Below are positions 13,373 to 26,716 of a DNA stretch of 55,945 bases, piece by piece. This stretch comes from Octopus bimaculoides (lineage: Eukaryota). Below the pieces are notes generated by a model. That model was not told the origin of the DNA and did not search any database. It saw only the letters and a list, made by a program, of their open reading frames with translations. Made by a program: the position numbers and the translations under genes. How positions within the stretch are numbered: position 1 is the first letter of the stretch; each line of letters starts with the position of its first letter. The stretch is from positions 58,261,322-58,317,266 of the forward strand of contig NC_068991.1 of NCBI RefSeq assembly GCF_001194135.2, written 5' to 3'.

Positions 13373-14104
13373 ATAAAACTATAAATAACCAGCTTATATA
13401 TATCTTACCCTTTTGATTTTTTGTTCATGTAACTGTTTGGTTCAAAAATTGAAGCGATTTAACTTCAATTCTCTAGCAAAGTATATTTGAAAAAAAAACT
13501 ACAAATATGCATTTTTGAAATATATATATTATTTCAAATGCATATAAAAGACATATAGAAAAAAGATATATAAAAATAATGTATTCTAAAAACACACACA
13601 TATTTAATAAAAACATATATCAACTAAATACGATAAACTTTTAAAAGCATGTATATTTCTAAAATCTCGTATGCCATTTAAAATCCTATATATTTTAAAA
13701 CACACTTATTTCAAGCAGCACATTCACCTTTAAAAAATATACATGTACATTAAAAACTATATTACAAGGAAATTTATACCTTTAACGAAATCCTGTTCTC
13801 AAAACATACACAGCTTAGAATCCAAAGAAACCGATATTTGATTCTTATCCGAAATGATTTATTACAAGAATTTTTGCAAGTATTATGTTAACGGTAATTC
13901 TTCTTTGCTTTAACTTAACTACATCATCTCTCACACTTCCTTTTCTTAAATTCATACATTTATTTATTAACTTATTGATTACTAGGAAAATGTAAGGTAA
14001 TAGGTATAGATACCTCGATACTATGCGTCAGGTTTACTCAGCCAGTTTCTGTAGCTGGAAGAAATATTTTATGTTAAATCATTCTCGTAATATTACTACA
14101 GAAG

Positions 14105-14322
14105 AAAGCGGTGTGCTGGCAGAAACGTTAGCACGCCGGGCGAAATGCATAACTGTATTTCGTCTGTTTTTACGTTATGAGTTCAAATTCCGCCGTATTC
14201 GACTATGCCTTTCATCCTTTTCGGGTCAATAACTTAAATACCAATTGCGTACCGGGGTCGATCTAATCTACTGGCCTTCTCCCTCAAAATTTCGGGCCTT
14301 GAGTCTAGAGTAGAAAAGAATA
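14105..14322 (+). mobile_element. SINE-A copy, full length
   Basis: aaagcggtgtgctggcagaaacgttagcacgccgggcgaaatg ... gagttcaaattccgcc ... aaaatttcgggccttgagtctagagtagaaaagaat. Confidence 0.9.
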
Positions 14323-15352
14323 TTGATACAGAAGATGAAATTAATCTATCTTTGCACAAACATCGGAAACTTTATTGTTCTGAAACAGAGAATAATGCTA
14401 CTTAGTTAACGCAATATATGCAGATGATAAAGATATTTTAGGTATAAAATGTTACATGTCTACTCAGCTTTTCATCCTTCCAAAATAAGAAAAGTATCAA
14501 TCCAAGGATATGGATTGCAAATGCGTGAAAGACGGACAAACTACACCTTACGATATTTGTTCCGACTATTAACGCTTTGAGCTCAAATTTTGCCGTGGTC
14601 ATCTTTCCCTTTCATCCTTTGTAACATATAATTAATGTACCATTACCATATCGTGCATTAGCGTGACTGTAAGAACTCAATTTAGATGCCTTGTGCTATT
14701 TATGCAGGCTTTTTTGACTTCCCGCTATGGCCTACTTAGATGGCATATGTAAAACATCGAGCTGTATAACACCATCATCAGCGCCCTTGGATATCTTTAT
14801 CAACTTTAACAGTGTCCGCCCTGTAGCATGTATCAGACCAGATTTCAAATTTCAGCATAATTTCGTTCCATCCTCCTACGTAATAGAATCTTCTCTAACA
14901 AATCATGACTATAAAGTTCGCTAAGAGCTTGCAGAACTATCCCAGTCTTCCCTTATAAATATTTCAGTTAAAAAAGTTGTGCCGTGAACCACAGGTAACT
15001 CAAACAGTCAGATGCATGTAAACAAACATGAAACACCGTTTTGCTAGACTCTCTTACTATCGCAGTCTACATTAAATATGAAATATCCTTGGCGAATGAT
15101 GATACTAAGCAAGCAACTGAGAATATCACACCGCAGAATTGCCCAAAACATTTCTGTATCTTTATCTGCAGGGGATGCATGAAACAAACTGCTTTAAGTG
15201 ATGTGGCATTTCTGCAGGCTCATTCTTGCTTTCCAAGTACAAGATATAGAATGATATTCATTAAATCCTCGCTTGGGTGTTTTTTGCCAAAGTTGCGCTA
15301 ATTAGCTTTATATATGTACGTACATATGCAAGTGTGTATATATGCACTTATC

Positions 15353-15393
<41 letters not shown>

Positions 15394-15640
15394 ATCTGTG
15401 TCTCTTTGAGCGTGTATGAACGGGTGCTTACGTGAGTGGGTTTTGTGGTGTGCATATGTGTTGGGGCATTGCATTTGCATGTGTATAGAACTTTCAGGGA
15501 TTACCATTTTGGACCCCGGTTTCAGTCACTTGTGTATTCAAATTCTATACTGTGTAAAGATACACAAGCCTTTGTAATGGACGGGCGTCTAGCAGAAGCT
15601 ATGAAATATGACCTAGTGTAAAAATATAGTAACAGATATG

Positions 15641-15674
<34 letters not shown>

Positions 15675-16374
15675 CATATAAGACAAATAGACAAACAGAA
15701 ATGAAAACAGAACGAAATCGAAATGTATGTGTCCGGTGTTTTGTGAGTTTTGTATGCATGTATGTATGTGTGTGTGTGTGTGTGAATGTGTGTGGGTGTG
15801 TATGTATGCGTCTGTGTGTGTCTGTGTGTGCGTAATTATAGATAGTATGGTAATAAAAGATGAAATAAAGGCATACAGAAATGTTATTAAAGAAAATAAT
15901 GACGTAGAAATTTGTTTTAAGGCCAGCCATGAATATAAATCAACTATTAAAGAATTGACATTAGATACAAAAAATTACTAACATGAAATATATTTTTTTC
16001 TTCTATGTTCTATTTATTTTCTTTATATAATATAGAAAACAATTGCCTGAAATTGTTTTCTTGTACAATATATTGTCAGTGTTAATTTTTTCGACTCTGG
16101 GAAAATTGAAACGGAAAGAACACTCCAGCATATTATTTACAAATATAAAAGTTTAGAACAAAATGCTGCAAACCAGTGGACCTTGAATTTCAGCTTTTAT
16201 GAGTGTCATTGTTTTCGAGAATATTCTTATCGAAATATCAGGATATCAATATGAATATTGAATTATATAAAACCACTAAAGGGGGGTCCAGATGCTGCGA
16301 AATTAATTAAAATTAAGGACCTTATATTACATTTAGATATCAAGGCGGTGCTGATATTACTTTATACGTAGACA

Positions 16375-17255
16375 CAAGGTCAGCGTCCTGACAGAATCGG
16401 TAACCTGTCAGTCAATATGCTTAGCCGCATTTCTTTCGGCTTTGTATGTTCTGAGTTCAAATTACATTGAGGTCAACTTTGCATTTCATCGTTTTGATAG
16501 AAATAAAGTACCAGTAAGGCGGTGAGCTGGCAGAGACGGAAGCACGCTGGGCGAAATGCTTAGCGGTATTTCGTCTGCCGTTACGTTCTGAGTTCAAATT
16601 CCGCCGAGGTCGACTTTGCTTTTCATGCTTTCGGGGGTCGATAAATTAAGTACCAGTCATGCACTGGGGTCGATGTAAGCGACTTAATCCCTTTGTCTGT
16701 CCTTGTTTGTCCCCTGTATATTTAGCCCCTTGTGGGCAATAAAGAAATGAGACGTTAGCACGCCGGGCGAAATATTTAGAAGTATTTCGTCTGCCTTTAC
16801 GTTCTGAGTTCAAATCCCGCCGAGGTCGACATTGCCTTTCATCCTTTCGGGGGACAATGAATGAAGTACCAGTTGCGTACTGGCGTTGATCTAATCGACT
16901 GGTCCACTCCCCAAAAATTTCAGGCCTTGTGCCTATAGTAGAAAAGAAATAAAGTAGTCGATGTTGATGTAGTCGACTTGACCCACACTCTAAGTTTGCT
17001 GCACGTGTACCAAAAGAAGATAAAAAAAGTTTTATTCGAATACTAGTGCAACGTACGAGCACAATCAGTAGCACGTCGGAAACAATGCTTATTGACATCA
17101 CATCCGGCTTTTTTACGTTCTGAATTTAAATTCTGCTGAGGTAAATATTGCTTTTCAGCCTGTCGGGAGAGATGAAATAAGTAACAGTTTAACACTGGGC
17201 TCGCTGTAACTGTTTTCCCCTAAAATTGCTGGCTCGGTGCCAAAATAAGAAAGGA
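16375..17255 (+). mobile_element. Cluster of SINE-A copies (~16375-16514, 16516-16748, 16749-16950, ~17060-17255)
   Basis: Head aaggcggtgagctggcag (A box-like tggcagaatcg), B box gagttcaaattcc, core gtcgactttgcctttcatcctttcggggtcgataaattaagtaccag. Two alternative tails are present. Confidence 0.9.
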
Positions 17256-18644
17256 TTTAATCATATTCAGAGACTGGTATTTGAGAACTTAGCTTAGAAC
17301 AGATGTTGCAGATGAGTCAAGAGGAATCAAGAAAATATCGAATGAAAATGAATATTAAATAACTGATTCATAGGAGTATAATTTATAGGCTTAAACACAT
17401 TAAACCTCTCAGATTTACATGTCATTTTCAGGAATGTAAATTTAAAGTTAAGTGTATCGAAGAGATTAGAACTAGAATATAAAACTATGGCCTGGATGAC
17501 GAATCCACCATCTTAAAACAAATAAAAATAGAAAATATCTACCAACCTATTGGGAAAAATATGTTCGTAACATAATAATTAAAAATAACACTGGGGTTAG
17601 AAAAATATTTAGAGGGAAGACAGGGGAAACTGATTAGCGGAATGTGGGAACAGATAAACTAAAAAAAATTCTCTAGGTATAAGAAAACAATTATGCGTCA
17701 AAAGATGGCAGAATATTGGATGAGGATATAAAAGACAGTGGAAGAAAAATAAAATAAAAATCAAGATGCAAAATCAAAATGGAAGTTCAAGTATAGGAAA
17801 GAAAATGTAACAGAGATAATATCATTCTATCCGTAATGGAGCGGAAATAGCTAAGGTGAAAGCAATAATGATTGAAAAACTCTAGGCTGAAAACAAAAAT
17901 GGGAAATTTGATTTGAACTCCGTAGTATCGATGCTCCTTACTAAAATATCTTACGAAATGAAAAAAAGAAAGAAGGGGACTAATGATCAAGCTCTTATTA
18001 TGTAATTTAAATAAAGCAACAATTGATTAAACCGTTTCTGGTACATCAGTTACGGTACAAAAGCAAATTACATGTGCAATTGTATTTGTATTGGAGGTGA
18101 AATAAATCGAACATCGATAGAAAAAGTAAAACTGAAAAGCTCTTTTTGCATGCATCAATCCCCTGCCCTCTTTAGTATATAAGTCACCATCTTGACCGTT
18201 AGGCCAAAGGTCATTAATCTGCTGTCAGTGTCCTGAGGAATCGCTATGCCTCGTCTCCTAGGCATTTGTTATCCCTCCATAGCGACTGCACACGTCACGA
18301 GCCACTTATATTAATGGAACAGCTGGGAAATGTGGAGTGAATGTGTGTCGCGTACTGTAATTTCCTTATGTTTATCACGTTTAAATTGAGTCATTTTAGA
18401 GGGTATATTTAAGGCTACGCACAACTTATAAACAAATAAACATACGTATCAATCCTGTCAGTATTCCATTCGGTTTCGTACAGGAGACAAAAGTGCGCAC
18501 GCACGCACGTATACGGCGCACGCGCACTTGCTCATTCACACATACGCACCTCTCTCTTTCTCTCTATCTCTTACTCTTTCTTTCTTTTCTCTCACTCTTT
18601 TTCTCTCTCTTTCTCAGTATATATATATATAAGTACAGAGTGAG

Positions 18645-18669
18645 AGGCAGACAGACAGACAGACTAGTT

Positions 18670-18719
<50 letters not shown>

Positions 18720-18768
18720 CAGGTGGGTAGACAGACAGACAGACAGACAGACAGATAGACAGACAAAC

Positions 18769-18823
<55 letters not shown>

Positions 18824-18865
18824 CAGATAGATAGATAAGTAGGTAGGTAGGTAGGTAGATAGACA
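18645..18865. repeat. (GACA)n/(GATA)n/(GGTA)n compound tetranucleotide microsatellite
   Basis: Read directly. Similar tracts occur at 1727-1775, 2035-2098, 11390-11482 and 44215-44455. Confidence 0.97.
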
Positions 18866-19122
18866 GAGTGAGAGAGAGACAGGGGGATGAGGGAGATATT
18901 ATAAAGTCTGATGTCAAAGGAGCAAGCATCGAATCAACGATACCAAACTGGCGGTGCCGAAATTGTTGCGTCGAAAAGTCTCATATTTTCTGAATGAATG
19001 GCAAGATCATAGCAATTGGAAAAATATTTGATTACTTCTATCCTTAACAATAACCTCATTACAGAAAATGAAAACTGAATAACCAACGACTATTAGTTAA
19101 TTAAATAATTACAACGTTTATC

Positions 19123-19163
<41 letters not shown>

Positions 19164-20100
19164 TGTATGTTATATTCGATTTTACATAAGGTATAATAAT
19201 TTTCATTGATCCTCGGAATACCTGTGTTAATAAATCGCAACAAACTCCATAAAATAAGAGTTTCATGTCAGATAAAATCTATTATTAGAGACATCATTTC
19301 GATTTTTCTATACAATTTCAATTGTTTAGCCATTTTGTATTGTTATTTTCTTTCACATAAATAATGATCAATCATTGTATCACACGTAAGTAAGTTTTAC
19401 TTCTTTTTTTTCTTTTTTTATTCTTATTANNNNNNNNNNNNNNNNNNNNNNNNNNNNNNNNNNNNNNNNNNNNNNNNNNNNNNNNNNNNNNNNNNNNNNN
19501 NNNNNNNNNNNNNNNNNNNNNNNNNNNNNNNNNNNNNNNNNNNNNNNNNNNNNNNNNNNNNNNNNNNNNNNNNNNNNNNNNNNNNNNNNNNNNNNNNNNN
19601 NNNNNNNNNNNNNNNNNNNNNNNNNNNNNNNNNNNNNNNNNNNNNNNNNNNNNNNNNNNNNNNNNNNNNNNNNNNNNNNNNNNNNNNNNNNNNNNNNNNN
19701 NNNNNNNNNNNNNNNNNNNNNNNNNNNNNNNNNNNNNNNNNNNNNNNNNNNNNNNNNNNNNNNNNNNNNNNNNNNNNNNNNNNNNNNNNNNNNNNNNNNN
19801 NNNNNNNNNNNNNNNNNNNNNNNNNNNNNNNNNNNNNNNNNNNNNNNNNNNNNNNNNNNNNNNNNNNNNNNNNNNNNNNNNNNNNNNNNNNNNNNNNNNN
19901 NNNNNNNNNNNNNNNNNNNNNNNNNNNNNNNNNNNNNNNNNNNNNNNNNNNNNNNNNNNNNNNNNNNNNNNNNNNNNNNNNNNNNNNNNNNNNNNNNNNN
20001 NNNNNNNNNNNNNNNNNNNNNNNNNNNNNNNNNNNNNNNNNNNNNNNNNNNNNNNNNNNNNNNNNNNNNNNNNNNNNNNNNNNNNNNNNNNNNNNNNNNN

Positions 20101-20191
20101 AGAAGAAGAAGAAGAAGAAGAAGAAGAAGAAGAAGAAGAAGAAGAAGAAGAAGAAGAAGAAGAAGAAGAAGAAGAAGAAGAAGAAGAAGAA
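20101..20191. repeat. (GAA)n microsatellite, truncated by a gap
   Basis: Pure run starting at the end of the 19430-20100 gap. Confidence 0.97.
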
Positions 20192-22569
20192 GCACAAAAT
20201 AGCGTAATAAACATAGAGGTGGGTGGCGAGCGTGTATAAGTAAAGGTGAGTAAAAAAACCTGGCTGACTCGTTGTACTCAAAGAACCTTGAAAGAATATT
20301 AATCATTTAAGACAAAAGAAATCAACATAATAACAATACTATAGAACTAAGATGAAAGAACAAAGATATTTTTTTTAAATAGCTAAAAATGTAACAAAGC
20401 CAAAAAAAAAAAAAAATAAAAACCCCCAAACGAATAGAAAAATGATAAACTTAACCAATAAAACAGTCCTGAATGATATATAAGTATAGATATGTTGTAT
20501 ATAAATAAATCTCAGAACTACGAATGTATCGTAGCTCATCTTATTATCCTTCCTACTGTGATTGCAACAAAAAAAAAAACAAAAAAACATAGTAAATAAT
20601 AATAATGATAATAATAATGACAACAACAACAACAGCAATAATAATAATAATAATGATAAACTTGATGCCATCCGAAATTCGTTCATTATTTGAGCTATGT
20701 GTGTGTGCGTGTGTGTATGTCTAAGTATATACGTGTGTGTGTGTGTGTGTAAATAAATATTAGTGTATTTATATATGTATATATGTACATATGCATATAC
20801 ATATATATGACTGCATGTATATATATGTGTGTGTGTGCGTGTGAGTCTATGTATGTGTGCGTATATATATATATATATATATATNNNNNNNNNNNNNNNN
20901 NNNNNNNNNNNNNNNNNNNNNNNNNNNNNNNNNNNNNNNNNNNNNNNNNNNNNNNNNNNNNNNNNNNNNNNNNNNNNNNNNNNNNNNNNNNNNNNNNNNN
21001 NNNNNNNNNNNNNNNNNNNNNNNNNNNNNNNNNNNNNNNNNNNNNNNNNNNNNNNNNNNNNNNNNNNNNNNNNNNNNNNNNNNNNNNNNNNNNNNNNNNN
21101 NNNNNNNNNNNNNNNNNNNNNNNNNNNNNNNNNNNNNNNNNNNNNNNNNNNNNNNNNNNNNNNNNNNNNNNNNNNNNNNNNNNNNNNNNNNNNNNNNNNN
21201 NNNNNNNNNNNNNNNNNNNNNNNNNNNNNNNNNNNNNNNNNNNNNNNNNNNNNNNNNNNNNNNNNNNNNNNNNNNNNNNNNNNNNNNNNNNNNNNNNNNN
21301 NNNNNNNNNNNNNNNNNNNNNNNNNNNNNNNNNNNNNNNNNNNNNNNNNNNNNNNNNNNNNNNNNNNNNNNNNNNNNNNNNNNNNNNNNNNNNNNNNNNN
21401 NNNNNNNNNNNNNNNNNNNNNNNNNNNNNNNNNNNNNNNNNNNNNNNNNNNNNNNNNNNNNNNNNNNNNNNNNNNNNNNNNNNNNNNNNNNNNNNNNNNN
21501 NNNNNNNNNNNNNNNNNNNNNNNNNNNNNNNNNNNNNNNNNNNNNNNNNNNNNNNNNNNNNNNNNNNNNNNNNNNNNNNNNNNNNNNNNNNNNNNNNNNN
21601 NNNNNNNNNNNNNNNNNNNNNNNNNNNNNNNNNNNNNNNNNNNNNNNNNNNNNNNTATATATATATATATATATATGTATGTATATAAGCATATCCACAC
21701 ATATATGCTCACCACCTACCTATAAATACAAATACACATATATATATATATACTTACCGCCAGTCTCGAATTTTTTTGCCTCTTTGACACATATATTGTA
21801 GCTACTAACATTCTACTTAGACAATTACAAACACGTAGCTGTACAAGTATGCACGTCCACTCACCGTCGGTCTCACACTCGCGCTGACACGTTTTGTCGC
21901 TCATCCTGACACCTTTCTCCTACGTGGCCCCTACACGCACCATTTGTTTACACATGTAACAATTATCCTTTCCTTAACTATAGTGTTCTATGCCTTACCG
22001 GCCACCTTTTAACACACGCGCCCGTACATACAAACACATCAACACATACTTACGCATCCAGTTCTTACTTTGTTATCTTATTAAACCCCGCCACTCGTAT
22101 CACTAATTGTGAAGCTGTTTTCTTTTCTACTTTTTCTTTTTTTACGTTTCCTTTTGTTTTCTGATAGGCTTGACAAGTCACATGTTTCAGCTTTACTTTC
22201 TCCGTCCGCTTTTTCAATTCATAATTTACCTCCGGAAGTTTCCCTACATTTTACTTATTTACCATTTCTTGCCACTTAGCATTCTTTTCAAAAAGTGAGT
22301 TTCGAGTATGTGCATGAAATGATGTTCCTATATATTGTCCAGTATTTTATGCATATATTGGAACAATGGTTTCGTATATTCATTAGTTCATAAATGTTTT
22401 ATCACCAGTTGACGGTAAAGATTCTTGGCAACTTCAGAAAGGTAGAAAAACAAAAAGGAGCGAATGTATTTAGGACATTTTTTCAAGCTAAACATTATAT
22501 AAAAAGAAAGTATGTACATATGGAGTATTTATCAAAATTCAAACAAGTGATTCAGAAGGATGTAGAGTT

Positions 22570-22958
22570 TATAACGAATTTCACAAACCTTCACAAATGT
22601 CATCGCCCGTAACACGACACACGTCAAGTCAGTGGTCCACCTCCTACTAAACACCATGTAGAGTATATTTTGCAACATTCTCCAACACCTCACTGATACA
22701 CTCCTTGAGTTCCTCTAGGCTTATAGGAAGAGGGCGATATAGACCAGTCCTTTCGCGTAGCTCCATAGAAAAAAATCACAAGCTGTCAAGTCAAGTGAAC
22801 TCGGTGGCCATTTGGAAAGCACATTGATATCATTACTGGCACACCAGATCCAAACTTAGTTCTTAAACATTTTGTTAAAATTTGAGATCATTTGAGCAAG
22901 AATTGGCTCTGTTATTAGACTACGAAACCATGTCAAAGTTTTTGAGACTCCCTATGTA
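22570..22958 (-). mobile_element. Tc1/mariner-superfamily relic (WPPxSPDLTPCDFFLWGY-type C-terminus), internally deleted
   Basis: Minus strand reads WPPSSLDLTACDFFLWSYAKGLVY, then after a frameshift PISLEELKECISEVLENV...EVDH*LDVCRVTG. A TIR-like end (tacatagggagtctcaaaaactttgac on the minus strand) lies at ~22930-22958. Confidence 0.8.
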
Positions 22959-23815
22959 TAAGATCAGCGATCACAATTCGTTTCCAGGATAACTCTACTA
23001 TACGCTAACGAGGAGCTGAATAACGGCGAAATATCGATATCCACAGTGCTGGTTTCACTTAAATGTGAGTTATGCAATCTACCTCTTAACGTGAATTTTC
23101 CTGGATGGAATACCACAACCTTAATCTAAACACATACATACACCAAGTATGAGATATCAATTATATATACATATGTGTGCGCATGTAAGTTTACACACAC
23201 ATATATAAAAAAGCGTTTCTACACACAAAACCAAACACAAACGTGTCATTATAATAATTGTAGTATTTATTATATTGCACATGCATCCAGTTATTATATA
23301 CGCATATGTTTCCTTTTATTATGCATACCCTGTATACCATTTGTCCAATAAGGTATCAAATAATATTTTATGTTCTATAAACATATTATTATATTCATTT
23401 TGCTCATGTTAATCCCATTATTTGAAATTCTTATTTAATATGATTTTAATGTTCATACCATATATAATAATATATGGCCACATTTTATTTTTTATCATCA
23501 CATATTTCCATTATATATTTCATATTAGGAAAATTATCTCTGCATAATTACATATATGTATGTGTGTGTATGTATGTATATATACATGTAGGTATTTATG
23601 TGTATATATATGTTATATATGTGCGTGTGTATACATGCATGGATATATATATATATANNNNNNNNNNNNNNNNNNNNNNNNNNNNNNNNNNNNNNNNNNN
23701 NNNNNNNNNNNNNNNNNNNNNNNNNNNNNNNNNNNNNNNNNNNNNNNNNNNNNNNNNNNNNNNNNNNNNNNNNNNNNNNNNNNNNNNNNNNNNNNNNNNN
23801 NNNNNNNNNNNNNNN

Positions 23816-23859
<44 letters not shown>

Positions 23860-24249
23860 GTATGTATTTATTTCCTTATGCCCGCATGCATGCATGTATG
23901 TATGTGTATAAGAGTGTCGATTCTGGCTTCAAGCGCTGTTATATAAGATAATAGATTTAATAGAAATCTTCTTATAAGGTAAAAGAATGCAAAATTCTTT
24001 CTATTTTGAATGTTATCTATCCATGGAGAAACGTAGTTAAATAAATGTTCCTAAATGTAAGATCGGCTGCTTCTGTTTGTTTCCATGATTATATAACACC
24101 CTATGAAAGTGACATTACTTCAATAATTCCTTAAACTGTTTTCCTCTGAATATGTGCATGTTACACAAAATATTACGAAATAACTGACACAAGCACATAT
24201 ACAAGAATATGCTAAGTCATAAATACATACACACTAACATACATATATA

Positions 24250-24632
24250 CAAAAGGACTGCCCTGAAATAAACCTAGGAAATCTTTCCGTTATGGTGTAG
24301 CTTCATAAACACTAGCTCAAAGAATACTGGTGAAGTATTTCCACCAAAACTTCTGTGAAATGGGAAAATAACAGGCCGGATATCATTGTTTGACACAGAG
24401 GAGCGAAGGTATGTACCATCATAGAAGTCAGCTGCCCTGCAGATACAAATGTATTTTTGAAAATCAAAGAAAAAAAACCATATCTATGGACAAGTGCTTG
24501 AAAACATCCAGCTTCTATTTCCAGGCTATGAATTCATATTCATACCAATAATAATTGGAGCATTAAGTTTCGTTAGTAAATGCTTAAAGGAGAATCTGGA
24601 TGAATTGGGATTTTCAGAAAGAGAAGTCGACA
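24250..24632 (+). mobile_element. RLE-type (R2/R4/NeSL/CRE group) non-LTR retrotransposon fragment, restriction-like endonuclease domain
   Basis: Reads KDCPEI...KEYW*SISTKTSVKWENNRPDIIV*HRGAKVCTIIEVSCPADTNVFLKIKEK, then after a frameshift IYGQVLENIQLLFPGYEFIFIPIIIGALSFVSKCLKENLDELGF. This is the PD..(D/E)..P...K RLE signature plus the typical PIVIGALG tail. Confidence 0.85.
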
Positions 24633-25460
24633 GAAGCCCGTCGTATACACACAGACAGGCAGACAGACAGACAGACAGGCAGACACACACACACACACAC
24701 ACGCACACACACACACACACACACACATATACATATATATATAAATATTTTATAATTATATGCATAATTATAACGAGGGTCATGCTGTTGCATGACAATG
24801 CACATGCACACACGGCCACCCAAACAGTTGAAATCATTAACCAATTGGGTTTTGAGGTGTTAGAATGCCCAGCCTACACCCAGCTCTCGCTCATCCCCAC
24901 TGTCATATCCTTAGATCACTCAAAGATGGTTTACGAGGTCGTCGATTTCCTACAGTTGATGATGTGAAGGAAGCCGTGCATAAATAGTTGCACGACCAAC
25001 TAAAATCCTTCTTCTTGGAGGGAATACGCAAGCTTTCAGAGCACTGGACCAAGTGCATCGTAAAGGAAGCAGACTATACCAGGAAAATGAGGTACCTGTT
25101 TAACCCTGTTTTTATGTAAATATATTGAAAAAACAAGAGTGCGTATAATTTTGTACTGTCCCTCGTATATGTATCTATTTGTGTGAGTGTGTGTGTATGT
25201 GTGTGTGTTTGTATGTATGTTACTATGTATATCTATGTTTGCGTGTCTTTGTGTCTATGCTTATCCCCCACAACCACTTGACAACCGGTATTGGCGCGGC
25301 TACGTCTCTGTAGCCCAGCGTTTCGGCAATTGATATCGTTAGAATAAGTACCAGGCTTTTTAAAAAATAAGTACTGATATCGATTTATTCGACCAAAAAT
25401 TATTCAAGACAATGCACCAGCATGGGCGCAATCTAATGACCGGAACGAGTAATGGATAAA
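24633..25460 (+). mobile_element. 5'-truncated SINE-D interrupted by the mariner fragment
   Basis: gaagcccgtcgtata at 24633 matches the end of the SINE-D 5' half. The 3' half (cacttgacaaccggtattgg...tagaataagtaccagg...ccagcatgggcgcaatctaatgac) lies at ~25250-25455. Confidence 0.75.
24772..25167 (+). mobile_element. Mariner transposon 3' fragment with terminal inverted repeat
   Basis: Translates VMLLHDNAHAHTATQTVEIINQLGFEVLECPAY, then after a frameshift LKDGLRGRRFPTVDDVKEAVHK*LHDQLKSFFLEGIRKLSEHWTKCIVKEADY. Ends ...gtactgtccctcgta, the reverse complement of a mariner-type TACGAGGG terminus, followed by TA. Confidence 0.9.
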
Positions 25461-26349
25461 TTTTAAAATATAAGAGATAAGCCACGCTGCCGGAGATAAT
25501 ACGAAAGAAACTCATAGGAAGTAGTCGAAGATAAAAGAAAAATATGTTTAAGGGATCTTGAAAGGAAGAAATATACGATAATGAAGTTTATAAGATGGGA
25601 GATGAGGGAGAATGTAGGACTGAAATACAAAATGAGTGAAAGGAATAATGGTATTTCGATGTAATCGCATGGCATGTGTTTTGATCGGAGACCATATGCT
25701 GGAACTAAAACAATTACAGCAAGGAAAACATATTAGCCATTGAAAAACGTACCCACAAAGACTCGTACCTTTAATTAAACAGTTATTGTTTGGTGTCGAA
25801 TTTTTCGTCACATCGATACATCACGATGAAGTAGAGACCAGATGGCAAATATTGTGGGGGAAATTTTCACTTGAAATAATAAATGCCTAACTGAAGTTTA
25901 AAATGTTTGTGTGTTTATGAATTCACTAATATGTGTCTTCCACTTTGCAATCGATATGATATTAGAAATGTTATAAATAACTGAAATATAATACAAACAG
26001 TAAGAAGATTTATAAAGAGCTGAGAATGAAAGTCTCGTATAAATTTTTAAAGAACCGAAGGAAAACGATTGATTGAGCATGTTACTAGGGAGAGAAAATG
26101 AATAGATTTAAAATTGAAGCAAAGTAATGAAAAGAAATAAAAAGTAAAAAGACGCAGAATGAGAAAAAAGTTGAAAATGTATAATACATATAAAGACACA
26201 ATGAAGAAGGAAGAGTAATGTTGATGAAGAAATGAATAAATTACCCAATGAATAATAGCAAAAAAGATAATGCCATATAAGGTGGTTAAAAACGATAACC
26301 CGTTTTCAACAATGCCATAAGGCCAAATGCTTCAAAGGAATACTTCTGC

Positions 26350-26582
26350 CAGCCGTCCTCAACGGCGGCGCTCGGGCCTGAATGCGGCTCTCGGGCTAGA
26401 ATGCGGCTCTCGGGACCGATGCGGCTTTCGAACATCCTTCGGGTATCTTCGCCAGTCTTTCCACTTAAGATATAATAAGGTTTTCTTTCATTGTCTCCTA
26501 TTTTACTTGTTTGGGGTGCGTTTCCATAAAACAATCCAGATTTTGAATCTGGTTTAGATATTAAAAAGTTTGAGAATCAATG
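26350..26582. mobile_element. hAT (Charlie-like) non-autonomous element
   Basis: Ends cagccgtcctcaac and aaaaagtttgagaatcaatg, approximating the CAGTGGTTCTCAAAC-type TIR. Internal reiterated aatgcggctctcggg. No convincing TSD. Confidence 0.55.
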
Positions 26583-26716
26583 ATTTAGATTATTAAATTG
26601 ACCCAGTTCTTGCTAATCACTCTATTTTGCTGATCCCAGAAGGAAGAAAAGCAAAGTTGATGACGTCCAGATTGTAAATATCCGGACAAAATAACGCGAA
26701 ACTGTTCTAACGTTTC

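Noticed and set aside
15840-15981. Protein-like stretch VIKDEIKAYRNVIKENNDVEICFKASHEYKSTIKELTLDTKNY
   Set aside because: Short, A-rich, no recognisable motif and a weak splice context.
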